64,000 nucleotides of DNA from Nitrospirota bacterium (GTDB lineage: Bacteria > Nitrospirota > Thermodesulfovibrionia > Thermodesulfovibrionales > JdFR-86): NCBI GenBank assembly GCA_963721805.1, contig CAVRJY010000004.1, positions 96,001-160,000 on the forward strand. The letters run 5' to 3'. Positions 1 to 8,513 of this stretch are shown here, one piece after another. Each line of letters begins with the position of its first letter. Position 1 is the first letter of the stretch. The notes below the pieces were generated by a model that made no database searches, had not been told where the DNA came from, and saw only the letters and a program-made list of their open reading frames with translations. A program made the position numbers and the translations under genes.

Positions 1-201
1 TAGAGCGTTCAAATGAACAGAAAAAACAAGCTGTAACCCAGCGATTTTCATCGCCTTTTGATGACCTCCGCGTTCATGCGTTCAGAAACGCTTTCCGTAA
101 TGTCCATACCCGCCCGGCCTCGCTTTCAGCCCCCTTAAAAATACCCATTCGAGCATCATTCGGTATTGAAGCACAACGATATCTAAAAAAGCGATAACCT
201 A

Positions 202-223
202 CGGTTTATATATAAACCAAAGT
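202..223. promoter_or_regulatory. Perfect 16-bp palindrome GGTTTATATATAAACC within a 22-bp sequence repeated at 51059-51080; putative operator or recombination site
   Basis: CGGTTTATATATAAACCAAAGT is identical at both loci; function inferred only. Confidence 0.5.
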
Positions 224-351
224 TGATAGGAAATTTTGATCCTAGTGCGTTTTCTATTAACTTTCGATTAACTTCGGTTAATTAATAAGTTCCGGGAGAA
301 TCTGGCTTGAGGCCTGCTGATGCATTCTGGTTGCTTTATTAATTATTTTAA

Positions 352-380
352 TTGACATCCCAATGTACTTAGCCTAAAGT
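352..380 (+). promoter_or_regulatory. Putative sigma70 promoter for ORF 487
   Basis: TTGACA-N17-TAAAGT (followed by TATAAT) in AT-rich DNA upstream of an AGGAGG RBS. Confidence 0.5.
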
Positions 381-486
381 TATAATTAATAGGCAGCTAA
401 AATGAGGCCAGGATTGTTGATAAGCGAGTCCTTGGGACTCTTTCTATAAACTGCGGCTGAGCCGTCGCAAACAGGAGGAAAGGAAT

Positions 487-858
487 ATGTCGAACTACTG
501 GATAGTAGACGCAACGATCGAAAACGGCCAAAGCGATCAAGCGGATATGTTCATCAGGAGAGGCTATTGGCATCTGGGGCTGAGGGATGAGAGTCGGCCA
601 TTGCAAGCAAAACTCAGAGACAAGATTAAACCGGGAGATGGCATAGCGATTAAAAAGATGCTCGGCCAGGGCTCTCCGTACAGCGTGATCCGTGCCTTAG
701 GGGTCGTAAAAGAGGTAGACAAACAAGATAAAAAAATCTATATCAATTGGCTTGAGCTAAAAAAGGGCAAGGAAATACCAAGCGGCATCGCTGGCAAGTC
801 GATCAACGGCCCTTTCACAGAAAACAGTAGCGTGGTGAACGAAGTGTTCTATATTTAG
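487..858 (+). CDS. Small hypothetical protein, resembles EVE/PUA-like N-terminal domains of McrB-type restriction proteins
   Basis: 123-aa ORF with strong RBS, lower GC than the flanks; NYW...IKPGDGIAIK...IRALGVV pattern. Family assignment is from memory. Confidence 0.6.
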   Translation: MSNYWIVDATIENGQSDQADMFIRRGYWHLGLRDESRPLQAKLRDKIKPGDGIAIKKMLGQGSPYSVIRALGVVKEVDKQDKKIYINWLELKKGKEIPSGIAGKSINGPFTENSSVVNEVFYI

Positions 859-965
859 AAACAGCCGGATTGAATAAGTTGCCATTGCAAGGAAGCGTAC
901 CGCGGTTCCCGTCGGCGGCATGCGCCTGACAACAACGATACGCCAGTATAAATGGAACTGCGATC

Positions 966-1031
966 TGTAATGTGCTCTGGAGGTCGGGTTCCGGTGCCCT
1001 GACGCAGTATCAAGCGATTTCGCGCGACTTT
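966..1031 (-). repeat. Dispersed rod-like repeat, copy J (5' half only)
   Basis: Reverse complement reads AAAGTCGCGCGAAATCGCTTGATACTGCGTCAGGGC...CCTCCAGAGCACAT, matching the heads of the other copies. Confidence 0.75.
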
Positions 1032-1046
1032 GTATAATAATAGGGT

Positions 1047-2327
1047 ATGAGCGATTTGAAGGTTAAGCACAAGTGCCCCAACTGCGGCGCCCCGGTTACC
1101 TTAGCCGAGGCCGACCGCTTCCTGACCTGCGGGTTTTGCAAGGTGCGACTCTACATGCGGATGCCCGGCATGCCCCGCTACGTCCTGCCATCGAACGAGC
1201 CCCTCACCGACGACACCGTGCACGTCCCATACCTCCGCATGCGCGGGATGTACTTCACGCTCCGCGACGCCGGCGTGGCCGAGGGCAAGGTGCTCGACAC
1301 GAGCCTGAAGGCAGCGGCTGTGGACTTCATGCCCGAGGGGCTGGGCGTCAGGCCGCAGGCGCTCGAGCTGCTGCCCGCGCCCGAGGACTCGGCGCGGCTG
1401 CCGCTTCGGGCCGCGCCCGAGGACATGCTCCGAAAGACGATGGGGGGAGCGCGCATGTCCGACGCATTCGGCTCTGCTGAGGACGCCATCCGCTACAGGT
1501 CGTTCATCGGGGATTCGTCCTGCGTGATCTACTACCCGGTCAGGCCGGATGGCGGCGGCGTGCGTGACTGCGTGGAGGGCCGCACGATGGCGCAGCTTAC
1601 GGCCGGGCGGCGCGACTCGATCACGGCGCGCGCCCCGCACGACGGCTGGGCGATAAAGTTCGTCGCGGCCAAGTGCCCGCGCTGCGGCTGGGACCTCGAC
1701 GCGAAGGGCAAGGCCGCGGCCCTGCTGTGCCGCAACTGCACCTCGGTATGGCGCATGCCGGCCCAGGACTCCGAGGGCCCGGCGAGCTTCAGCCCCGTAG
1801 AGTTCCACACCGTTCGCGACCAGGAGGGCGCGCCCCCGCCTTCGTGCTACATCCCGTTTTGGAGGATGAGGGCCGACGTCACGGGCGAGCTCAGCGCCAG
1901 CACTTACGGCGACCTCATCAGGCTCGCGAACCTCCCGCTCGTCGCAACGCCGGAGCTTAACGCTGTGCCGCTTCACTTCTGGGTCCCGGCGTTCCGCTGC
2001 CCGCCAACGCTGTTCCTGCGCCTCTCGCGCCAGCTCACCGGAGCGAGGCCGAGGCCGGAACTCATGGACTCAGGCTCGCTGCCGCCCGCGCAAGGCCCGC
2101 AAGTATACGAGCCGACGCTCTCGGCCGAGGACGCCCCGGAGGCCGCGCACCTGATCTTCGCCTCGATGATCACGAAACGCAAGGAGACGTTCAAGCAGCT
2201 CGGCTCGACGCGCATCGAGCCGAAGGGGTATGAATTCGTATACATCCCGTTTGGCGAGCGGGGGGGAGATTACGTCCACCAATTGTTGGGTTTTGCGATC
2301 CCGAAGGCGGCACTTACATACAAGTAG
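1047..2327 (+). CDS. Hypothetical protein with two zinc-ribbon modules
   Basis: 426 aa; CPNCG..CGFC and CPRCG..CRNC cysteine pairs; host-like codon usage. Confidence 0.8.
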   Translation: MSDLKVKHKCPNCGAPVTLAEADRFLTCGFCKVRLYMRMPGMPRYVLPSNEPLTDDTVHVPYLRMRGMYFTLRDAGVAEGKVLDTSLKAAAVDFMPEGLGVRPQALELLPAPEDSARLPLRAAPEDMLRKTMGGARMSDAFGSAEDAIRYRSFIGDSSCVIYYPVRPDGGGVRDCVEGRTMAQLTAGRRDSITARAPHDGWAIKFVAAKCPRCGWDLDAKGKAAALLCRNCTSVWRMPAQDSEGPASFSPVEFHTVRDQEGAPPPSCYIPFWRMRADVTGELSASTYGDLIRLANLPLVATPELNAVPLHFWVPAFRCPPTLFLRLSRQLTGARPRPELMDSGSLPPAQGPQVYEPTLSAEDAPEAAHLIFASMITKRKETFKQLGSTRIEPKGYEFVYIPFGERGGDYVHQLLGFAIPKAALTYK

Positions 2328-2333
2328 GCTATT

Positions 2334-2547
2334 GAAAGCGCTCCAAATCGCTTGATACTGCGTTGGGCGCAATTTTACCAAGCGGGACTCGCCCTCTATG
2401 TACGTCACAGTACACCATCGGGGTGCCACGGGCACTTCTCCTAAAAGACAGGGGCCAACCGGCCCCCTTGTCTGAAGACGATTTGGGCGCGCTTTCGGGG
2501 GGCACGGACGAAGGACGCCCCCCGCGCCCCACAAGGTCAACAGCATT
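2334..2547 (+). repeat. Dispersed rod-like repeat, copy A (with internal hairpin doublet and tail)
   Basis: GAAAGCGCTCCAAATCG ... CGATTTGGGCGCGCTTTC inverted arms; TGTAC-GTCACA-GTACA apex; AAGGTCAACAGCATT tail. Confidence 0.9.
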
Positions 2548-2553
2548 TATTGG

Positions 2554-2576
2554 AAAGGGGCCTATCGGCCCCTTTT
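2554..2576. terminator. Bidirectional intrinsic terminator-like hairpin
   Basis: AAAGGGGCC-TATC-GGCCCCTTTT between convergent genes; near-identical to 57135-57160. Confidence 0.65.
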
Positions 2577-2628
2577 AAGTGAGTGGTGCGCTAGCACCGC
2601 GAATAGGGAGAGGCGCCCGTGGCGCCCC

Positions 2629-2883
2629 CTAGGTGCGGGCCTTGAAGTTATCGAGGAACTGTTTGACCTGCACGCCGAGGTAGACGCACATGATCCCGTC
2701 CATGCAGGAGTCCGCGTCCTTTTTCTCGAGGTGGGTCGTGAGGGCCTTGCCGTTTTTGACCATCGAGACTATATACGCGTTCTTCGCCGTGTCCCACGTA
2801 AGCCCCAGCTTGACCCCGAGCTCCCCGATCTCAGGGTACATCTGCGCTATCTTTTCCTTTAGTGCGACCTCTGAATATCCCAT
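2629..2883 (-). CDS. Conserved-looking small hypothetical protein
   Basis: 84 aa, AGGAGG RBS, globular composition. Confidence 0.75.
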   Translation of the reverse strand: MGYSEVALKEKIAQMYPEIGELGVKLGLTWDTAKNAYIVSMVKNGKALTTHLEKKDADSCMDGIMCVYLGVQVKQFLDNFKART

Positions 2884-2997
2884 ATAACGACCTCCTGATG
2901 GATGTTTTCACTGCCTTAGCCTAAGGGTAGGACGACTCGGGGCCGTTGTCAATTCCCTGATGCGGACCGCGCGGTATTGCGGTAGAATGTATAGACC

Positions 2998-3822
2998 ATG
3001 CCCTACATCGACCCCCGGATCCGCAAATTCATAGGCGTGCTCGCCGCAGACCTCCTGTTCGGGGTGCTCGGGTTCATGTGGGCCGAGGGCTTGAGCGTCG
3101 GCAACGCGCTATACCTCTCGGCCGTTACGGTGACCACGGTCGGCTACGGCGACATCACCCCGCACACTGTGGCGGGCAAGGTCATCGCGGTCATCTTCAT
3201 CGTCACCGGGGTCGGGGCGTTTACGGGCGTGATAGCGCACATCACCGAGTCGATGGTCATAGGCCGCGAGGAGGACTTCAAGCGCGAGAAGCTCAAGATG
3301 ATCGTAAGCGAACTGTACAGCGAGGTCGGCACGCGGCTGATCGGGATGCTCGTCCCGGCCGACCCGCACATAGCGGGGATGCGCCCCGTGCTAGCGGTGG
3401 ACGACACCTGGGACCACGCGCGCTTCAGGGCCGCAGCGCGCGACATACTGGCTCGTGAGTTCGCGATAGACTCGCGGCGGATAGACCTGCCGGAGCTGCG
3501 GCTCGTGATGATGGCCAAGGCCGAACTCTTCCTGCGCATACTGGAGAGCCCGAGCCTCGGCAACGAGACCCAGCTTGCGGACCTGGTGCGCGCGATCCTG
3601 CACCTAAAGGACGAACTCTCGTACCGGGACGACTTCACGGCGCTGCCGCCCATTGACCTCGACCACCTCGCGGGCGACCTGGCGCGCGCGTACCGCATGC
3701 TGACGCTTATATGGCTCGACCACATGGAATACACCAAGGACCACTACGCATACCTGTTCTCGCTCGCGGTGCGAGTAAACCCTTACAAGGAGCGCCCCTC
3801 GGCCGTGATCGGGGCCGCGTAG
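2998..3822 (+). CDS. Potassium channel family protein (2-TM, KcsA-like pore)
   Basis: TVTTVGYGD selectivity filter between two hydrophobic helices. Confidence 0.9.
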   Translation: MPYIDPRIRKFIGVLAADLLFGVLGFMWAEGLSVGNALYLSAVTVTTVGYGDITPHTVAGKVIAVIFIVTGVGAFTGVIAHITESMVIGREEDFKREKLKMIVSELYSEVGTRLIGMLVPADPHIAGMRPVLAVDDTWDHARFRAAARDILAREFAIDSRRIDLPELRLVMMAKAELFLRILESPSLGNETQLADLVRAILHLKDELSYRDDFTALPPIDLDHLAGDLARAYRMLTLIWLDHMEYTKDHYAYLFSLAVRVNPYKERPSAVIGAA

Positions 3823-3910
3823 GTCTCGGGGGCCGCGCCCGCTTGCCGATCAATTCGCAGTCATTGTACAATTGCACTGTTTCGAATCACTAAATGCATG
3901 GAGGTTTTAA

Positions 3911-4417
3911 ATGAAGAGATCCGCAATCGCCGTAACATTACTCGCACTAGCCATCCTCTGCGCCGCCCCGGCATACGCCGCCGCAGGCCCCGACACCGAA
4001 CAGCTCAGGCAGGCCGCTGACGCATACATGAGCGCCCTGCCCGCCGACGGCTACTACATCTCGCCCGACGACCTCTTAAAAAGGATCGAGTCCGGGAATA
4101 AGGACTTCGTCCTCGTCGACTGCCGCGAGAAGATAGAGAAATACAAGGCCGGGCATATCCCCGGCGCGATCTACATCAACGCCAAGGACATAGCCAGGCC
4201 AGAGAGCCTCGCCCGGCTGCCCGCCGATAAGGACATCATCCTCTACTGCAACAGCGGCCACGAGGAGAGCAAGGCTATGGCGGTGCTCGGCATGCTCGGG
4301 TACAAGGTCCACGCCCTGAAGTTCGGGTATATCTCGTGGGCCAAGGCCATGCCTACGGATTTCGTCCTCGGGCTGATCGACAACGCCGCGAAGAAGAACT
4401 ATCCCGTAGAGCGATAG
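3911..4417 (+). CDS. Exported rhodanese-like domain protein
   Basis: Signal peptide; LVDCRE, GHIPGA and YCNSGHE active-site loop. Confidence 0.9.
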   Translation: MKRSAIAVTLLALAILCAAPAYAAAGPDTEQLRQAADAYMSALPADGYYISPDDLLKRIESGNKDFVLVDCREKIEKYKAGHIPGAIYINAKDIARPESLARLPADKDIILYCNSGHEESKAMAVLGMLGYKVHALKFGYISWAKAMPTDFVLGLIDNAAKKNYPVER

Positions 4418-4439
4418 TCACATACCCAACGGAGGTCTC

Positions 4440-5033
4440 ATGAAAAGATATATCGGACTTATAGCCTCACTGATCTGTGCCGCAATGCTGTGCTCCGGCA
4501 TCGCCTATGCGGGTGACGCCGCTGCCGACCGCGAGGCCGCGGCCAGGAAGTCGGTCGCGGGCTTTATGCAGGACCTGCTCGCCGCGCTCCAAAAAGAGAT
4601 GGCGGCCGGAGGGCCGGCAGGAGCGGTAGGCGTATGCAGCGAGCTCGCGCCTCAGATCGCCGGGCGCATATCGCGCGAGACCGGCTGGAAGGTAACGCGC
4701 GTAAGCTCGAAGGTTAGAAACCCCCTGCTGGGCATGCCTGACGCGTGGGAGCAGAAGGTATTGCAGGATTTCCAGGCCCGCGCTGCAAAGGGCGAAGACA
4801 TCGACAAGATGAGCTACTCCGAGGTGGTCACCGAGCCGGACGGGAAGTTCTACCGCTTCATGAAGGCGGTCGCGATCAAGCAGCCCTGCCTCGCCTGCCA
4901 CGGGACGCCGGAGCAGATCGCACCCGCGGTGGCCGCTATTCTCAAGGAGCGCTACCCGCATGACGCGGCCACCGGCTACAAACTCGGCGAGCTGCGCGGC
5001 GCGGTGAGCGTCAAGGCCCCGATACAGAATTAG
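4440..5033 (+). CDS. DUF3365/Tll0287-like periplasmic monoheme c protein
   Basis: Signal peptide; RVS.KVRNP...[27 protein letters not shown]. Confidence 0.85.
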   Translation: MKRYIGLIASLICAAMLCSGIAYAGDAAADREAAARKSVAGFMQDLLAALQKEMAAGGPAGAVGVCSELAPQIAGRISRETGWKVTRVSSKVRNPLLGMPDAWEQKVLQDFQARAAKGEDIDKMSYSEVVTEPDGKFYRFMKAVAIKQPCLACHGTPEQIAPAVAAILKERYPHDAATGYKLGELRGAVSVKAPIQN

Positions 5034-5073
5034 CATTGCTCCCCCCCGGGGTTAAGGGTTATACTAATCTGCC

Positions 5074-7743
5074 ATGGGGGGCGGAAAGCTGATAAACCCG
5101 GCCGGCATCAGGGTCGGCATTCTGTTCGTGGCGCTGACGGCCGCGGCCGGGTGGTGGTTTACGGGGTACATGGTGCGCTACGGCGACTCGCACGAGCGGC
5201 GCGACCTGATCACGATGGCCGTGACCGCAGCAGCGAGCGTCGACCCGGCCGACCTGGCGCCGCTTCTGGGCGGGGAGTCCGACACCGCCACCCAGCAATG
5301 GCTGAGCATCCGCGAGGACCTGCATCGCGTGCGCGCCTCTATCCCCGAGGCCCGCTTCGTCTACCTGATGAAGCGCAAGGCGGATAAGGTCGTATTCCTC
5401 GCCGACGCCGAGCCCCCGGACTCCAAGGACTACTCACCTCCCGGCCAGCCGTACGACGAGGCCACCCCCGCCCTGCTCGCCCTATTTGAAGACGCGCCGC
5501 CGTATGTCGAGGGCCCGATGCAGGACAAGTGGGGCGCGTGGGTAAGCGGGCTCGCGCCGATCAGGGACCCGGCCACCGGGCATGTCCTGGCTGTGATGGG
5601 CATAGACATAGACGCCAGCCGATGGAGCGAGATCGTGCGCGGATACCGGGTGATCGGGCTCTCGATCAGCGGGCTTTCGGCCCTGGGCGCGCTGCTGTTT
5701 CTGGCGATGCTCTACCAGCAGCGCCGGGGCAGCGCCGAGATCGAGGCCTTAAACGCAAAGCTCACCGCAGAGCTCGCCGAGCGCAGGCGCACGAACGAGT
5801 CGCTGCTCCTTTTGGAGAAGGCCGTGCGCACCACCAAGGTCGGCATCGTATTCAGGGACGTCGACAACATCGTCCGCTTCATCAACCCCGCCGACGCCGA
5901 GATGCACGGATATAAGGCCGAGGACATCATCGGCCGGGACGTCTCGGTATTGGGCGCGCCGGGGGCCAGAAAGAAACTCACGAAAGAGCAGCTCAAGGAC
6001 ATCAAGACCTGGGCGCGCGAGCGCGTAAACGTCCGGCGCGACGGCTCGATGTTCCCGGTGCACCTGATCTCCGACGTCGTCTTAAACGAGGAGGGCGAGC
6101 CTCTGGGCATCGTGACCACCTGCGAGGACATAACAGGGCGCAAGCAGGTCGAGGTCGAGCTCAAGGAGGCCAAGGAGAACGCCGAGGCCGCGAGCCGCGC
6201 AAAGAGCGAGTTCATGGCCAACATGAGCCACGAGCTCCGCACCCCGCTTAACGGCATCATCGGCCTGACCGAGCTGTTGTTGGGCCGCGGCCTCCCGCAG
6301 ACCGAACGCGAGTACATGCAGATGGTCGCCGAGAGCGCCAAGATGCTCCTGCGCATCATAAACGACATACTGGACTTCTCGAAGATCGAGGCCGGAAAGC
6401 TAGAGCTCTCCACCGAGCCCTTCAGCCTGACGCGCGTCCTGCGCTCGGTGATCGAGCCGCTCGGGGTCGTGGCCCGCAAGAAGGGCCTCGCCGTGAACCT
6501 GCGCGTGGACGACAACGTGCCGCCCTATCTCGTGGGCGACGGGGGCCGCCTCAGGCAGACGCTGTTTAACCTGCTCGGAAACGCGATAAAGTTCACCGAG
6601 GCGGGCGTCTGCGCGATCCAGGTCTCGATGCTCGGCGACAGCCCTGAGGGCCCGGACAAGGCGAGCCTCCTGTTTTCGGTGACGGACACCGGCATCGGCA
6701 TCCCGCCCGAGAAACAGGACCTGATCTTCGGCAAGTTCACGCAGGCCGACCAGTCCGTGAGCAGGAGGTTCGGGGGCACCGGGCTCGGGCTTGCGATATC
6801 TCAAAACATCGTCCTGCTGATGGGCGGGCGCATATGGGTCCGCAGCGAGCCTGGCAAAGGCAGCACGTTTTACTTCACCGCGATATTCGATATAGCCAAG
6901 GAGCCGCCTGTCGAAGAGCCCCTCCCGCAGGTCGAGCCCCCCGTCTGCAACCTGCAGGGTCCGGCGCTCCGGGTGCTGCTGGCCGAGGACAACAGGATCA
7001 ACCAGGTCGTGGCATGTTCCTTCCTCGAACGCGACTGCCACTCTGTGCGCATAGCGCAAAACGGCGCGGAGGCGCTCGAGGCCCTGGGCTCCGAGCCCTT
7101 CGACATAGTGCTGATGGACGTCGAGATGCCGGTGATGGACGGGATCGAGGCCACGCACCATATACGCGAGAACCGCGACGGCAGGTTCAATGCCGCCATC
7201 CCCATCGTAGCGCTCACCGCGCACGCCCTCTCGGGCTACCGCGAGAAGCTCCTGGGCGCGGGCATGGACCAGTACGTCTCAAAGCCGATCGTGCTCGAAG
7301 ATCTCCGGGAGGCCATAACGAAAGCCATGGCCGGCCGCATGACGCTGGGCGAGCTCGGCGCAGGAGCGGTCGTAAGGACTCCGAAGGGGGACAAGGTGCT
7401 GGACCTCGAGGGGATGCGCAGGCGGCTGGGGGACGACGGGCCCCTGATCGAGCTCACGCTCGGGCTGTTCGAGGGCGAGGCCCCGTTGAGGTTCTCGGCG
7501 CTCGACGAGGCGCTCAAGAAGCGCTCGGCCTCCGAGGGCCGCGTGGCCGCACACTCCTTTAAGAACCTCAGCCTGAACGTCGGGGCCGACCGGCTCTCGG
7601 CCCTGCTGCTGGATATCGAAAACCTCTGCGCGGACTCGGACGCTGAGGGGGCATCTGAGATGTTTTCAAGAGTGAGCGCGGAGCTCGCGGCCGTAAGTGC
7701 GGAACTGGAACGCCACAAGGGGTCACGGACCCCTCTCGCTTAG
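5074..7743 (+). CDS. Hybrid sensor histidine kinase (periplasmic sensor-PAS-HisKA-HATPase-REC-Hpt)
   Basis: FMANMSHELRTPLN H-box; NLLGNAIKFT; GGTGLGL; LMDVEMP receiver; AHSFKN Hpt. Confidence 0.92.
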   Translation: MGGGKLINPAGIRVGILFVALTAAAGWWFTGYMVRYGDSHERRDLITMAVTAAASVDPADLAPLLGGESDTATQQWLSIREDLHRVRASIPEARFVYLMKRKADKVVFLADAEPPDSKDYSPPGQPYDEATPALLALFEDAPPYVEGPMQDKWGAWVSGLAPIRDPATGHVLAVMGIDIDASRWSEIVRGYRVIGLSISGLSALGALLFLAMLYQQRRGSAEIEALNAKLTAELAERRRTNESLLLLEKAVRTTKVGIVFRDVDNIVRFINPADAEMHGYKAEDIIGRDVSVLGAPGARKKLTKEQLKDIKTWARERVNVRRDGSMFPVHLISDVVLNEEGEPLGIVTTCEDITGRKQVEVELKEAKENAEAASRAKSEFMANMSHELRTPLNGIIGLTELLLGRGLPQTEREYMQMVAESAKMLLRIINDILDFSKIEAGKLELSTEPFSLTRVLRSVIEPLGVVARKKGLAVNLRVDDNVPPYLVGDGGRLRQTLFNLLGNAIKFTEAGVCAIQVSMLGDSPEGPDKASLLFSVTDTGIGIPPEKQDLIFGKFTQADQSVSRRFGGTGLGLAISQNIVLLMGGRIWVRSEPGKGSTFYFTAIFDIAKEPPVEEPLPQVEPPVCNLQGPALRVLLAEDNRINQVVACSFLERDCHSVRIAQNGAEALEALGSEPFDIVLMDVEMPVMDGIEATHHIRENRDGRFNAAIPIVALTAHALSGYREKLLGAGMDQYVSKPIVLEDLREAITKAMAGRMTLGELGAGAVVRTPKGDKVLDLEGMRRRLGDDGPLIELTLGLFEGEAPLRFSALDEALKKRSASEGRVAAHSFKNLSLNVGADRLSALLLDIENLCADSDAEGASEMFSRVSAELAAVSAELERHKGSRTPLA

Positions 7744-7752
7744 GGGCTCTTC

Positions 7753-8202
7753 TTAAGTCGCTCCCTTGACCCGCGGGTGCCGGATCGAGCTGCTTATCGC
7801 CCGGCGCAGCGTCGCCCTTATCGTCTCGTCCGAGACGAGGCCCACGCAATGCTCGATGAACATGCGGTCATCGTCGGTCAGGGGCACCGAAGGCTGTACT
7901 GGACGCGACGGGGCATTCTCGGGGGGCTGGACCCTGCCTAGCATGAACCTCACGCCCGAGATGCCGAGCGGGCGCAGCTTCTCCAATATGGCAGGCCGCA
8001 GGAACTCTACCTGCTGCAGCCATGCGGAGCCGTCTACGTGCACGAGGAGGTGCGAGCCTTCCTTTAGCGAGGCGGGCGACGTGTGCACGCCGAGGGGGCC
8101 GGGGAATATCTCGCCCCAGCGACGGGCGATCCCATGGAGCCTCAGCCGCCCGTCGATGCCAAGGTCTGAGATCAGGGCCGAGAGGACGGCCTCCGCCCCC
8201 AC
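7753..8202 (-). CDS. DUF721/DciA family protein
   Basis: W.EI.....HT.P..L....L.V.V.GSAW.Q pattern; start codon uncertain. Confidence 0.75.
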   Translation of the reverse strand: MGAEAVLSALISDLGIDGRLRLHGIARRWGEIFPGPLGVHTSPASLKEGSHLLVHVDGSAWLQQVEFLRPAILEKLRPLGISGVRFMLGRVQPPENAPSRPVQPSVPLTDDDRMFIEHCVGLVSDETIRATLRRAISSSIRHPRVKGAT

Positions 8203-8224
8203 GAGGCCCGAGGAGCGTCTTGCC

Positions 8225-8407
8225 CTAGAGCGTCTTCCCGGAACGGATGCACCTCGTGCAGACGCTGGTCTTTATGACCGCGCCGGTGGAAGTCGAAATC
8301 TTCGCCTTCTGAAGGTTGGGGCGAACCGTACGTTTAGTCCTGTTGTTGGCATGGCTGACGTTGTTTCCAACGCTCTTGCTCTTGCCGCATACCGCGCAAT
8401 GTGCCAC
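8225..8407 (-). CDS. rpmB: 50S ribosomal protein L28 (zinc-binding CxxC type)
   Basis: [31 protein letters not shown] start at 8407 with GGAGG RBS. Confidence 0.95.
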   Translation of the reverse strand: MAHCAVCGKSKSVGNNVSHANNRTKRTVRPNLQKAKISTSTGAVIKTSVCTRCIRSGKTL

Positions 8408-8513
8408 TGATCGATACCTCCGTGTTAACGTGCTTAATTGATTAAAAAGAGACAAGTATGATAACATTTTCATTACATTCTTACAAGTCGATCCCGGAGG
8501 GTAGTTCTCACAG

